A stretch of DNA of 63,783 bases, counting the filler, from Collodictyon triciliatum (Eukaryota): the NCBI GenBank assembly GCA_043381765.1. It is 6 parts of 5 records of this genome, joined end to end, with 100 filler letters (N's around TTAATTAATTAA, not from the genome) between each part and the next. Parts side by side here need not be neighbours in the genome. Positions count along the whole stretch, not along the records: positions 13,142 to 24,948 come from JBHJMP010000558.1; positions 25,049 to 32,236 come from JBHJMP010000559.1; positions 32,337 to 40,621 come from JBHJMP010000559.1; 3 more parts are not named here. One strand, written 5' to 3'. Of the stretch, positions 19,901 through 39,100 are shown piece by piece. The position numbers were made by a program, and so were the translations under genes. Below the pieces are notes generated by a model that was given only the letters and a program-made list of their open reading frames with translations, had not been told where the DNA came from and searched no databases. How positions within the stretch are numbered: position 1 is the first letter of the stretch; each line of letters opens with the position of its first letter.

Positions 19901-21567
19901 AAAGGAAGAATAAAAAAAAAAGTTGCATATAAAAATATAATGCTTTGGCACGTTAGATTGAAAAATACTAGTATCAATATTAGGTGCCCATGTAAAGTCC
20001 AGAAAAACTTGACCTATTTGTTATCTTTTCGTCAGCCAATTGCACTATATCGACAGAGATCGACATATAGTAGATTGAATATGTCAATGTACCTAATTGA
20101 ACGCCTATATTCTTTAACGAAGATATGACATATCCAGTTGGACTAGACATCTTTTCGAAGGTGGTAATATCTTCATGTTTGATGGAACCCTTACACATTA
20201 AATGCTTGATATTAGAGAGTAGATGCACATGGCACAAAGAGATAAATTTTTGTCGCGGGGGGGGGGGGGGGTAAAAAAAAAAAAATTTTTTTATATTTTT
20301 TTATTTGTTCTTTTTTTTTTAATGAATGGTCNNNNNNNNNNNNNNNNNNNNNNNNNNNNNNNNNNNNNNNNNNNNNNNNNNNNNNNNNNNNNNNNNNNNN
20401 NNNNNNNNNNNNNNNNNNNNNNNNNNNNNNNGGGGGGGGGGGGGGGGGGTTAAAAAAAAAGAATTATATATATTAAATTAATGCATATAATGTGGCATAC
20501 CCGCCCTATGCACAACTTTTTCCCAGACTCATCGAATTCAAAAAGTTCCAAGTGGATGTCCTCCAAATACTCAGATAAATGACTGCCGTGTATTTATGAA
20601 TATATCTTTGTCCCAAGTATTATGTATGTTATTTTTAATATAGTGTATCTGATAGGTATAATACTAAAATTTAAACCACAAACCAGAAATACGATTGTGA
20701 CCAAACAGCATTTTGCACGGGTTCTGGTGGGGGAGATATGCGTGTGTCATTGAAGAATATTTCACATGTTAGTTTTTTTGATTTCCCCCTATTGTATGAT
20801 GTAAATATAATCAGTCCTAAAGTTTGGAGACAGCCTATCTTATTCCTGGATGATGGGAATGCCAGGACAACATCTTGGGTCACAAAAAAAAAAAAAAAAA
20901 AAAAAACACAAAAAAAAAAAAAAAAAAGTAACTCGAATATAGCAAGTACGTTAAGTTGAGAGTGCTGGTATTCTTCTTTGCTGAACGTAATTTTACCACT
21001 ATCAAGTCTGATAACATATCTATTTCAGGAAAATTAATTAATCTAAGAAAAAAGAATACATCTTTGAAAATTCGGAGAATTTAATGGTTGCATACCTGGG
21101 GAACTTGTTTGTTTTGTGATTGACAATTGAATTTTGGGGAATAAAATCGCCATCGTCGTACCAGGAGCGGCTTTTACGTCGGCGATGCATCCAATTATAT
21201 TTTCGTGATTGTTGTTTTTTTTAAAAAAAAATGCGTAAAATAGCTAAATATACATAAATCATATCATGGAGCGAACACTAGTATCCATATATTAAAAATG
21301 AAATATCCAGATAAATCCCTCCTTGAAAACCTTTCAACTCCAGAGCCGATTTGTACGGCTTTTGTTCAGTTATAACATCCGTATTGATGTCAGCTTCGGC
21401 CGTGTATGTAACTAGCTGGTCATTTCCTTGGCATACTAGGCGAAATCTTATTGCATTCCATTGTGCAGATGAATATCTGCATTTATCAGCAAAAAATGAC
21501 ATGGTATCAGTGCCAAATTTTCCATAAGAGAGTAAGAAATTTCGAGAGTATTGCTTCTATTTTTCTT

Positions 21568-21666
<99 letters not shown>

Positions 21667-24631
21667 TGATATCACTAGCAATTAAAATTATAATTTTACA
21701 TTCGGCAAGTTTTGATTTTCACCCCAGTTGGGTCATTAAATCGGCACAAATCGATACACAGCGCAGGTGTTAATGCTTGCAAAGTGAAGGTGCAGTCAGC
21801 TTGAACTGTGTATAGATTTCTGAGTCCATTATAGCAATTGGAGAACGAAAATAAATAAAGTAAATATATTTTGGTATATCTTAATTTCATCGGTAATTCA
21901 GCGGTACATCTTGATTCATAAGGACTATGCATGATTTATTTTTATCCGAAGTACCTCTTGGAGTATCTCGAATTTCATCACAATTGATAGTAAAGAAACT
22001 CTGTAGATTTTTTTTCGAAAATTAGGTGCATCAAGTGTATACATTTATCACAACATTTCGTTCCTTTTTTAAAAAACAAAAAGATATCACTATAATATAC
22101 TCTCGAGTGAAAAAAATTACCTTTGATTTGGAGTACTCCTATTTCCATGATGAGGTTTGGAGGTGCAAGAAGGCGTATTTATTATTTATTGATTGATTGA
22201 TTGATTTATTGATTGATTTATTGATTGATTTATTGATTGATTTATTGATTGATNNNNNNNNNNAAAATCAAAATCAAAATCAAAATCAAAATCAAAATCA
22301 AAATCAAAATCAAAATCAAAATCAAAATCAAAATCAAAATCAAAATCAAAATCAAAATCAAAATCAAAATCATCATACTTCGGACATGTTGTACTGACAA
22401 AATTTTTAAAATTTGTCAGATTGAGACTCTTTTTGGACTTGTTAGCCTCAAAATTTAGATTGGACATATTCATGTCTCCAGGTAAGAGAACAGGAAGATC
22501 GCTCTCAGGGACAGGCACAACACCACAAGAATCACACCGAATTATAGGAATAGGTGCCCCCCAATATCTGGACATAAGACAGAAAAACAAGAAGGTATTC
22601 CAACATAAATAATAATCAGGCACACCATGAGGAAAATATATGTAAATTTCAAAAGGTAGTAAATTTATCAACACAAGACATAACTCGAGAAAATTGCAAA
22701 TTTAACTGGTGTCTTTTGACAGCAACATAAGATGTGATGACATAAAGATCAAAAATATAATGCGTAGAGGTACGTGCCTTTGGCGAGAAATCAGCCAATC
22801 TTTCAGACGGTACATTACGTGAGGCCCGCCAATTCCCTTTGATCTCAAACAGTCTATATTATTAAACACACAAAAGGGAGGACATTTACGTTATAATTAT
22901 TTATTCCGTATTCAGTAAATATTAATGTCACAAAAAGAACTAGTTATATTCATCTATCTTTTTAAGGAAACCGTACGGCTATAAATACTTAATGAAGTTA
23001 ACCAAATATTTGCTTTGAAGTAACGCGTATAGGAGAATATAAAAACTATATTGGTGTGAGTAAATCTACCAATAATTTCTTTCTTAGCAGATTGAGAATC
23101 CATTCCGGAAAATTCCCCGCTATTACACAAAATTCCTTCTCCCTCAAATAGTTCTATTGTATAAAAATTGCCACGATGAGGTTAGTGTTTATTAAAGTGA
23201 TTGCACGGAGTCAAAATCACAACATGGTATTGAAGGGAGCTCTGTTGGACAAGAGAAATCACATTAAAAATAATAAAGAAAAAAATACACCTCTACTATG
23301 CGAGGTGTCGACTGGAGTCACTACAGTTCTTTTTGGTAGATTGAAAATTTGAGCAAAGTCAAAATCTCTTTCATCGTGACTGGGAACACCTGTCGATTAT
23401 TTATTTATTGATTGATTTATTGACTGATTTATTGATTGATTTATTGATTGATTTATTGATTGATTTATTGATTGATTTATTGATTGATTTATTGATTGAT
23501 TTATTGATTGATTTATTGATTTATTGATTTATTTATATTACTATTGGCATTTTGAAACGGAAGCAATATTATGAAATAAATTTTACATCAGAATCTTCAT
23601 AAAAGGCTATTTTGGTGTGCACAGTCGCCCTTAGAAGTGCCCGTGAATCCTTCTGTTGGAGTTGAAGCCATTCATCGATTGAAAAACCGTTTTCTATTGA
23701 GGAATTAAGTGTATATATGTATATAAGAAACATATCCTAAATAATAAAATACGTAGTTTTGTTCCAATTTTTATTTTCGTCTCATTTTTCTAATGCAAAT
23801 TTGTAGCGTATTTAGTTTTCAATAGTACCATGTGTTAAAGAGCTTGGCTTTATCTCAACATATCCAATTACTTCGTTCCTTAGAATCTTATTATGGTCCA
23901 GAATGGTAATTTTGATGGGTTCGGTGATGGCTTGCGTCGTTCTTGTCATAGTACAATTTCATTAAATTCGGTAGAGCGTCATCTGTCAAATTGGTCGAAG
24001 CTCTGATAACAACATATAAAGATCCGAAACAAAAGCATATTTTCACTCATGCATATAATCAAACTGTTATCTTTACAAACATGGTAAAAGTCTCATTCCA
24101 AACAGGATTCAAGTTCTCCTTTACAACGTGAGTCTCAAATTTAAATGAACCATATTCTACAATACAGAACGGGTCACTCGTCCCTGTGGATGATATGTGC
24201 TTAATTATTTATATGATTTGGTATATTTGGTGAGAAAATGAGAGGAAAGAACTTTTAAAAAGCCTCCCATCTTTCAATAATCGAAAGATTAAACAATTTA
24301 ACTAAGTCTGTTGTTTTCCTTTTTAGAGCATATCATTCTTTACCTGATTTGTCTTTGGCGTCAAGGTTTTTAGCCTCCGTCACTAAGTCACGCAAAGTGG
24401 TTTACAATGGTATTTATAAATATTGATTAATTACGTATCGTATCACATCCAATAATAGCTCGTAACTGTATCAACACCTGGATATTTTATGAGAATTTGT
24501 GTTTATAGATAACGAATGTACCATCTATTACGAGAATCCCCATGTACTGGATAAATGATATTTTGATGGCGGATGCTAGAACACTGATACTTGTACAAAA
24601 TCCTTTTATGGTCCTCTGTTAGTTCGGATAC
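13335..24631 (-). CDS. Large multi-exon protein with multiple tandem C2 domains; partial at both ends
   Basis: Exons encode C2 motifs such as [83 protein letters not shown] and [15 protein letters not shown]. The gene is not fully spliced, and no ferlin-specific domain or TM anchor was seen. Confidence 0.7.
19876..19919 (+). mobile_element. Short poly(A) retro-insertion, copy 1
   Basis: CCCCCTCGGTCCTGCACAAAAGTTGAAAGGAAGAATAAAAAAAA between 14-bp direct repeats AAGTTGCATATAAA (19862-19875 / 19920-19933). Confidence 0.88.
22379..23389 (-). pseudogene. Internal 4-exon fragment of bacterial/mitochondrial-type leucyl-tRNA synthetase (fragment or misplaced contig)
   Basis: Reads [80 protein letters not shown]. 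No start, stop or HIGH/KMSKS exons nearby. Confidence 0.8.
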
Positions 24632-24733
24632 CTTAGGCAGTTTTTTTGTTTTCAATTTTACATTCTCGACACATTTTGTTTTTTGTCTTTTGCAATTGTT
24701 TTTTTTTTTTGTTTTCTTGTTTTTTTTTTTTTT

Positions 24734-24784
<51 letters not shown>

Positions 24785-24992
24785 TTTTCTTGTTTTCTTG
24801 TTTTTTGTTTTTTGTTTTTTTGTTTTTTTGTTTTTTTTGTTTTGTTTTTGTTTTGTTTTGTTTTTGTTTTGTTTTGTTTTTGTTTTGTTTTTGTTTTGTT
24901 TTGTTTTGTTTTTGTTTTTTTGTTTTTGTTTTTGTTTTTTTGTTTTTTNNNNNNNNNNNNNNNNNNNNNNNNNNNNNNNNNNNNNNNNNNNN

Positions 24993-25004
24993 TTAATTAA
25001 TTAA
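24993..25004. other. Artificial scaffold-join spacer
   Basis: N44-TTAATTAATTAA-N44. Confidence 0.95.
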
Positions 25005-25053
25005 NNNNNNNNNNNNNNNNNNNNNNNNNNNNNNNNNNNNNNNNNNNNCTCAG

Positions 25054-25377
25054 GAAAATGTGGAAGTTCTTCTTTTGAGATGCGAGCCAATGATTATATC
25101 GGTAAATCAAACCGATGTTGACTTTGAACCCAAACACAAAGTACTTTCAACCAGGTGAATTGTGATAAAATGAAAAGAAGAAGAAAAAAAGGAAAGGAAA
25201 GGCGAAAAAGAGTCAGTCATGCCAACCACAAGTATTCCAAGTCGATGTCTAGAAGAAGAAAAAAGGAAGAAGGAAGAAATATAACACATACGATTCTGAG
25301 TTTTCGGTATTCTATTCATAATCACCTTCCCAATAAGAAGTTTACATACGATGAAGGAGCATCGAGGCATAAACTAG
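25054..25377 (+). CDS. Possible 3' terminal exons of an unknown gene
   Basis: CAG|ENVEVLLLRCEPMIISVNQTDVDFEPKHKVLST|GT...AAG|RSLHTMKEHRGIN* is phase-consistent; no homology recognised. Confidence 0.35.
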
Positions 25378-25901
25378 GAAGTTAACATGAGTTTCTATGA
25401 GAATGAAAGCTAATTCTTAGTTCTTGACGATATAGGGAAGCATTTGAGCGTCCTGTGTAAATAATGGACACGAAAGAGAGCAACTGCATATGTGCATCAA
25501 ATTAATATCTGAGCGGGCATATGCTGAGCGACTCAATATATTTGAAAATATGAGCGGTCAATCTAGGTTCGAAGCCCTCTCATCTTTTCTATCCATATTT
25601 GATTATTATTGACATATCATGGATGGTTTATTCGGTGTGAATGAAGGTATAATGGGAGATCATTTCTTTTAAACATGATAACGCGGCCGATTCACTACTT
25701 TTTTTTCGCAAATGCTCCGAAATATGAGATAAAAATGATGGAGGAAATTGGGACATAATTTGGAGAGTAGATGAAGAGATAGACGAGAAGACATGGACAT
25801 ATGGTGATGAATCGAAGGCTAGTGCGAAAGAAAAGCCAGCCTTGCTTTTCTTCTCTTATTTTTCTTTAAAAAGAAAGAACGTGTCGGAATGCCTCTGTCT
25901 G

Positions 25902-26536
25902 CTACTTGTTTGACGTTACGCTCTGGAACAAATCGTTTGCCTTTTCTTTCAAGTTTTCCTGGGAAATAAAGACAACAAAAGGCAGAATTCAATCAAACAG
26001 GCAGATGCAAATGTATATTTTGGAAATCGTATTGGCTTAAGAACTAGTATTTCCATGACGAATGGACACCAACCAACACGCACGTTCGGTAAGCTTCGAA
26101 TTCTTCCGAACATGCCGTCGTGAAGTCTCCTTTGAGGAACTTATCCTTATACCTTTACACATATCATTGAATTCAATAATGAAGTTGAAAAGAAATTAAT
26201 ATAATCATGGTATGATATCATTATTATATACAAATAAAGCTTTTACGGAAAAAGGGGAAAAAAAGGGGGAAAAAAGGAGAAAAGGAGAAAAAGGAGAAAA
26301 AGGAGAAAAGGAGAAAAAAAAGGAGAAAAAAAAAGGAGAAAAAAAAAGGAGAAAAAAAAGGAGAAAAAAAAAAGGAGAAAAAAAGGAGAAAAAAAAGTAG
26401 AAAAAAGGAGAAGAAAAAAGTGTTACCAGTGGAAAAAGCACTCTTCGTATTTCTCTTTCACGCTGAGGCATTCCTTCGTCGGCGACTGGACTGGCGGATC
26501 TTCTTTACCTGGCTTTGGTTTTGAAGAATCGGCCAT
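25902..26536 (-). CDS. TRIAP1: Mdm35/TRIAP1 twin-Cx9C-family mitochondrial intermembrane-space protein, 3 exons
   Basis: Spliced product MADSSKPKPGKEDPPVQSPTKECLSVKEKYEECFFHWYKDKFLKGDFTTACSEEFEAYRTCVLENLKEKANDLFQSVTSNK* has the C..K..Y..CF..W...KFLKG family motif. It is absent from the ORF track. Confidence 0.9.
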
Positions 26537-26737
26537 GGCGCTTGGCAGATACTTGGAGGAGTTGGAGTGACTGGGACGCAATAGTAATTACGAAAAAAAA
26601 AATACTCAGCCAGAATGCAAAAGTAACATAGGATCTGGTATGTGGAAGAAAAAGCTGACTTTGGTGGCTCGGACTGTAGAGGTTGTCCCAAAAAACAGGA
26701 TCGAGAAAGAAAAAAAACAATAGAAGAAAACAAACGA

Positions 26738-26827
<90 letters not shown>

Positions 26828-27212
26828 AAGATGTGTTTGAAAGCAGCCGCAAGCAAACAGGCTTCAAGAGGGAATACCAGAGCTCGAAGTCAACAGCCTG
26901 AGAAGGTTTTGTATGTGTATTGCTGTCCTGAACAAAGTGTTTCATTTCGCCTGTTCCTTTGGCTGGGTGGTTGTTCGGGGGGATTTGCGTGTGGCTGTGT
27001 GGCGGTTTGCATGGAATCAAGCGCTCTGGGAATCCGATAACTAATGGGCCACAGTGATTTTCGAGTGGACAAGGGACTGAAAACTATCGCTTATCTGGTT
27101 CCTTGAAAGGCCTTCGCTTTATTGTGTCGAAATAAAAAGGAAGGTTTCTCGTCCATATCATCATATCAAAAGACAGGATAAGATGCAGCCTCGGCAGCCA
27201 CCTCCCACGAGC

Positions 27213-30200
27213 TCAGGCACTAGCATCTGGAGGTGGAGAAGATGTCATAGCAGGTGACGGAGCAACCACTTGGCTCAGATAGTTTTCAATGTATTCGCGG
27301 ACGCTGGATACAAAGTTTGTGCAGTCATCGATGACATATGTCTGATGAATCATATTTTCGGGTTTGGTTGTGTCAGACCCATCTGCCAGGAATTCTCGCT
27401 GAATCACAAGGGTGATGAGTTGTTGGTTGGACTTTTTGTATTTGATCTTCAACATGTTTCTTAGCTGAGTTTCAAAAAGGAAAACAAGTTTTTAGAAATA
27501 TCCATATTCCTAACTCACATAAAATTGATTTGGAAGATAACAAAACTGTCGGTATTTTTTCACTGGCAGCTATTCTATTTCATGTATGACTATGATGTCA
27601 TTTGCATGCAAATATTCCATCAAACTAATCAAATTACAAAGTGAAACGCCCAACAAACCAAAAAAATACGGTGGATTCTTGCACGATTCTTGGAATCCGT
27701 TTCCGTCTCCATCAGAGCCTGATTGTTTAGGACAAGAAGTCTGATAAAGAAAGGAGTATAAATTTTTGGATGTCTCATGTTTCTCAGGTGTTCCAAGCAT
27801 CAAGCTAAGTGATGTATGTATTCATATTCTAATATAATACAAATGATAAATAAATAAGTTGGATCCAAGTGAAAGATTATTGCACCACACACCGAGTGTC
27901 AAAGAGGCCAACCCTATTGAGTTTGTGACAGGTAAAAGTCCTGACCTCGGGGTCAGTCATCCATTTCAAATGGTTGTAAATACGATTAACACGAAATTCA
28001 CCAGCGACAAGGGTCTCTCCATCGGGACCCACAGATTGCTGATGGAGGGTTTCAACATGATTCATCAACCAATAAAAATGAAACATTAGACATACAAATT
28101 GCAAATATGATAAGATGGAAACATATGCAAATAAAAATCCAAAAGAAAAAAAGGAATTAAAACATCATCTAGCGTTTCCGGTTCCTCTTCGTCCGAGTTC
28201 AAATCGGGTTGGTCGAGCGCGAGATTTTGAAATCCATAAGCTTCCATTAAAAATGTTTCAAAATTATTTAAAAGTAAGAGTGTTACAATAAAAGCATAAA
28301 AAATTATGTTTTTTTTTGTTTTGTTGTTATTCTTTGAGTTTACCAAACCTATTCCCCTTCGGATCCTTGAGGATATTCTAGTACGCACAGATTCAATTAT
28401 TTTTGTTGCCCCAGTGGTTACATTTGAAAGTAATGAATGCGCACGCTGGCGCTGTTCCAATGATTCTTCCTCATAGGTGGTTATTCCCTGATTGATTATT
28501 TTTTTGAAATATATCATATTTTTGCAAGGTAAGAAACCTAGAAACATAAAATAATAGAAAAGGAAGAAAAAAAAAGAGGAAAGGAAAGGAATATCAATGT
28601 ATAATTTGTCAATGTTTCCGAACCAAGCACGGATGGCATTTCGAAGGTTCGTGGTCTACAAACTCCCATTTTTGTTCAAGAGCCAAACGATGACAACCTG
28701 AATAGATTNNNNNNNNNNNNNNNNNNNNNNNNNNNNNNNNNNNNNNNNNNNNNNNNNNNNNNNNNNNNNNNNNNNNNNNNNNNNNNNNNNNNNNNNNNNN
28801 NNNNNNNNNNNNNNNNNNNNNNNNNNNNNNNNNNNNNNNNNNNNNNNNNNNNNNNNNNNNNNNNNNNNNNNNNNNNNNNNNNNNNNNNNNNNNNNNNNNN
28901 NNNNNNNNNNNNNNNNNNNNNNNNNNNNNNNNNNNNNNNNNNNNNNNNNNNNNNNNNNNNNNNNNNNNNNNNNNNNNNNNNNNNNNNNNNNNNNNNNNNN
29001 NNNNNNNNNNNNNNNNNNNNNNNNNNNNNNNNNNNNNNNNNNNNNNNNNNNNNNNNNNNNNNNNNNNNNNNNNNNNNNNNNNNNNNNNNNNNNNNNNNNN
29101 NNNNNNNNNNNNNNNNNNNNNNNNNNNNNNNNNNNNNNNNNNNNNNNNNNNNNNNGATCCAACAAATAGCTGGTTGGAAGATGCCCGGCATCATATTCAT
29201 CTTGTGTACGACAGTCGATCACAAAGTATTTTAACGACTGTATTCCCTGACTCTGAATATAAGTGATTGTAAATTAGAAAATATTTATGATATTTTTTTC
29301 AAGAAAAGAAAAGAAAAGGTGAGATAGATTGACTTTGAACATAATTATTGGATTATGAATACAAACACATCATATGGTATAAGAAAAACCTCTCTTGTTT
29401 CCATAATACCAGACAAAACATCATATGGTGATATCACAACAGAAGATGCGTCATGCATACAGCTGATGACTTCGTTCGAGGGGTTCCTTCTACACATTAT
29501 GATAGATGGTGAAACAAAAAGGTCGCAGTGAAAAAAAAAACATCGTTATTCATATAGACTGACAGGTAATGATTACAAGACATCATCAGCCGATAGATGG
29601 AAATAATTAAATCTAACTTGTGGACGAGAGAGCTAATTTGGGAACGTATGCTCTTTGGTGTGAGCTGCATTAGCTTCTTTGCCTCTTTGCATATCATGAC
29701 GACCTCATCCGCATCATTAGGTGATATTTTCAGTATAATTTCCAACAGTTTGACAGGTTCGAGACCCAGTAAAACAGACCTATACGGTAAAAATTCAGAA
29801 AATAAGAAGAATATATTCGAGATATTTGTAAATCGAGAAATAGTTTTTTTTTTATTCTTCCTTTCAATTTTTGTGCAGGACCGTGGGGAATCGAGAAATA
29901 GTTATATAAAGATAGCGTCCGCGATTACAGTATTAAATAGATAAAGTCTAATTATGATAAAGTGGTGATGGTCAAATATGCCTTTTTTTGAAACTGAAAT
30001 ACCTTCTTTGAATGAGCAAGCTGATTATTACAAAGAATATAAATATGTGGTTATCTTCTATGAAGAAAAAATCCCATAAAACAGTAACTGTATCGATATC
30101 CCATCCATGTGAAAACAAAGTAAGGAGCTATATTCACATCAATCACATTGATAATTTTAAAAAATATCAAAAGCTTTTTTTTCCCGGAAATTTTTAATAA

Positions 30201-31147
30201 TGAATGTGCAAAAATTAAAGTCCATAAAAAATGAAACCCAAGGTGTAGCATAAAGTGCTGTATCTATTGAGTATTGATCCAGGAAAGTAGACAGCTTGGG
30301 GTCATGATATTGCAATAGAAGACGAATCATCTTCAGCGTTGCCCTTTTCATAATCATACGTCGACAAGAATTAAGATTTACTTTTGTTTGATAAAACAAA
30401 AACAAAAACAAAAACAAAAACAAAAACAAAAACAAAAACAAAAACAAAAACAAAACAAAACGCACGAAATTAATAAGAGTAGAAAAATATCCATAAGATG
30501 AAAAGTTTATTCTCGGACTTACTAAAAACATTATATATATTCACATCTTTATCTCATAATAGACTTACTGAAGGGTTTCGAAGTCTTCATCAAAAATGTT
30601 TGGCATATACTTGGCTATAAGCGCATGAAAACAATTGAATGTCTCACTCCTTGGCATACCCAGATAGAGGAAAGGAGCTACCAGCTCATTCATTCCTTGG
30701 ATGTATTTTCGGGCCTTTTTCTTGCAGTAAAGAGTAAGGATTTGTTCTATGATAAGCCTCATGTCTTCTGATTGAAATTCCTTGATGGCTGCCCTGGTCC
30801 TGATGCAGTCTGCTCTGATTACTCTTTGATTCAGCATATTAAGCTCGCCATCCCAAGCCATAAACGGATCTCCCTTTGATAGCAAAATGAAAACTTCAAC
30901 GTTGACAAGAAGATATATCAAACTGACTCGAAAAACAAAAAGCTCGAATAAAATAAGGTGATTCGTACCTGGCCATCTGCCCCAAGAAGGATCTATAGAA
31001 TCAAGCAGCCAGCATATGTAGCCAGAATTTATGCATGATATCAGAATCTTTCCACCATTCAATACCAGTAACAAACAAATCGATATCAAATAAGGTGGTT
31101 TCACATAGTTCATGCACGAAACAAACTGAATACATGCTCTCCTGATG

Positions 31148-31230
<83 letters not shown>

Positions 31231-31625
31231 AATGAAAGACGAAAAATAAAATAAAAAAAAAAGAACTGTCCTCGAGGCAAGTGTTTCTACAAAGGATAAA
31301 CAAAGAGACGTGATCAGCTATTGATGGGAGAGCATACAGGCCAAATAGCTTTGCGCAACGAAGCAGGAAGAGGAAAATGCTTCCAACAGAGTTCTCTAAG
31401 CTCTGCAGCAGTGCAGGATGGATCCTCTAGTAGCCCTTGAAACTCTTTGACAACACTAGTCTCGGTCTCTGCGCTAAACAATCAACCCCCACAAAAGGGA
31501 TGCACGTTAGTATTCATGAAAGCTTATCGTTCTATTTATTTTACTTCTCTTTTTTTTTTTTTGGGAAGGTGCCCGTGTATGACTTGTCGATCTAGAAAAA
31601 GCTACCTTACGACGCTGGCTTCCAT
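27213..31625 (-). CDS. TBC1D23: TBC domain + rhodanese-like domain protein
   Basis: TBC segments LRKAIWPILLG, NQRVIRADCIRTR, YIQGMNELVAPF and RLLLQYHDPKLSTFLD..LYATPW are followed by rhodanese-like FVIDCRTQDEYDAGHLPTSYLLD. This is the TBC1D23 architecture. There is a gap at 28709-29155. Confidence 0.85.
29846..29888 (-). mobile_element. Short poly(A) retro-insertion, copy 2
   Basis: Reverse complement CCCCACGGTCCTGCACAAAAATTGAAAGGAAGAATAAAAAAAA between 15-bp direct repeats AATCGAGAAATAGTT (29831-29845 / 29889-29903). Confidence 0.88.
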
Positions 31626-31924
31626 GGTGTGCCTTTTCCTTGTGCTTGAAGAGAGTTGCGTGTAAGAGTATCGCACGGTGCGTATCTTTTCGCCCTCACT
31701 TTCCGTTCCTCTGTTTTTTTTTTGTTTTTTTTTTTTCCCTTCATTCCTTCTTTGTCTTTTCCCTCTCATGATTCAATCGCATCCGTCTGTCAGCGCGTCG
31801 CGCAGTGATTCAAATTACACGCCGCGTTGATTGACTGTGATGCCGTCGCTCTGCTATTTTGTTGGGCTGGTGCTTCACTCCCGATGGTTTATTCCTTGTG
31901 CTTGGTGCTCAGATAAACACGCGC

Positions 31925-32131
31925 TCATAAGTCCATCGGGGCTGCAGAAAGGTTGCTGGGCTGAGCGTTTGCGCTGCGCAATGGCTGGGCAGAGGCCACG
32001 TTGCTCTGATGCTTGAGAGACTGGACATGTTGGTGCCACCAGGCCACGCTGACGTCGGTGTTGCAGTACGTGCAGTGCTTCTTTTGCGGTTTGGGCTTTG
32101 CCTCGGACTCCTCGTCACTGTCGTTGGCCTC
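31925..32131 (-). CDS. Terminal exon encoding a matrin/U1-like C2H2 zinc finger; the rest of the gene is off-scaffold
   Basis: After a (CTTCT)-rich acceptor the exon reads EANDSDEESEAKPKPQKKHCTYCNTDVSVAWWHQHVQSLKHQSNV...MDL*, with C-x2-C...H-x5-H spacing. Confidence 0.65.
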   Translation of the reverse strand, partial: EANDSDEESEAKPKPQKKHCTYCNTDVSVAWWHQHVQSLKHQSNVASAQPLRSANAQPSNLSAAPMDL

Positions 32132-32280
32132 CTGGGAGTTTCAAAGTGAAGAGAAGAGAGAAGAGAAGAGAGAAGAGAAGAGAGAAGAGAAGAGAAGAGA
32201 GAAGAGAAGAGAGAAGAGAAGAGAGAAGAGAAGAGANNNNNNNNNNNNNNNNNNNNNNNNNNNNNNNNNNNNNNNNNNNN

Positions 32281-32292
32281 TTAATTAATTAA
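32281..32292. other. Artificial scaffold-join spacer
   Basis: N44-TTAATTAATTAA-N44. Confidence 0.95.
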
Positions 32293-32349
32293 NNNNNNNN
32301 NNNNNNNNNNNNNNNNNNNNNNNNNNNNNNNNNNNNAAATCTTAGATAG

Positions 32350-38699
<6,350 letters not shown>

Positions 38700-39100
38700 T
38701 GCGCTTGAAGAGGACAGCCTAGGTCGCAAGAGAGTCAGAGACCAGGAGGTGAATATGTGCGGAGTCTAGTCTTTGTCCACTCTTTCTTGCTGGGTGGGTA
38801 CTTCAAAAAGATATTGGGGCAAAGGCCTTCCGATCTGCGAAGATCACTCAAAGGTGACGCTGGCATCGAAAGAGCGTTTTTTGTTGGCCAAGTTGTTGTG
38901 GGAGCGACGTCACACGCACGCCGCGAACGGCCTGTCACACGATCATTTATACTAACTCGCGGGAGACATGAAGAGAGAAAGAAAACCCGTCAAACGGCCT
39001 CCGCAACCAAATTGCAAGGCGATTCGATCTTTGGGTAGGAACGAACCATGTAAAGCGAGTGCGCAGTCATCAATCTGCTCAAGCAGCGTTTTAGGACAAC

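Noticed and set aside
24375-24450. Apparently non-canonical junction in the first C2 domain (YELLLDV|TEAKNL)
   Set aside because: It can be explained by a one-base assembly error or a downstream GAG acceptor, and cannot be resolved without reads.
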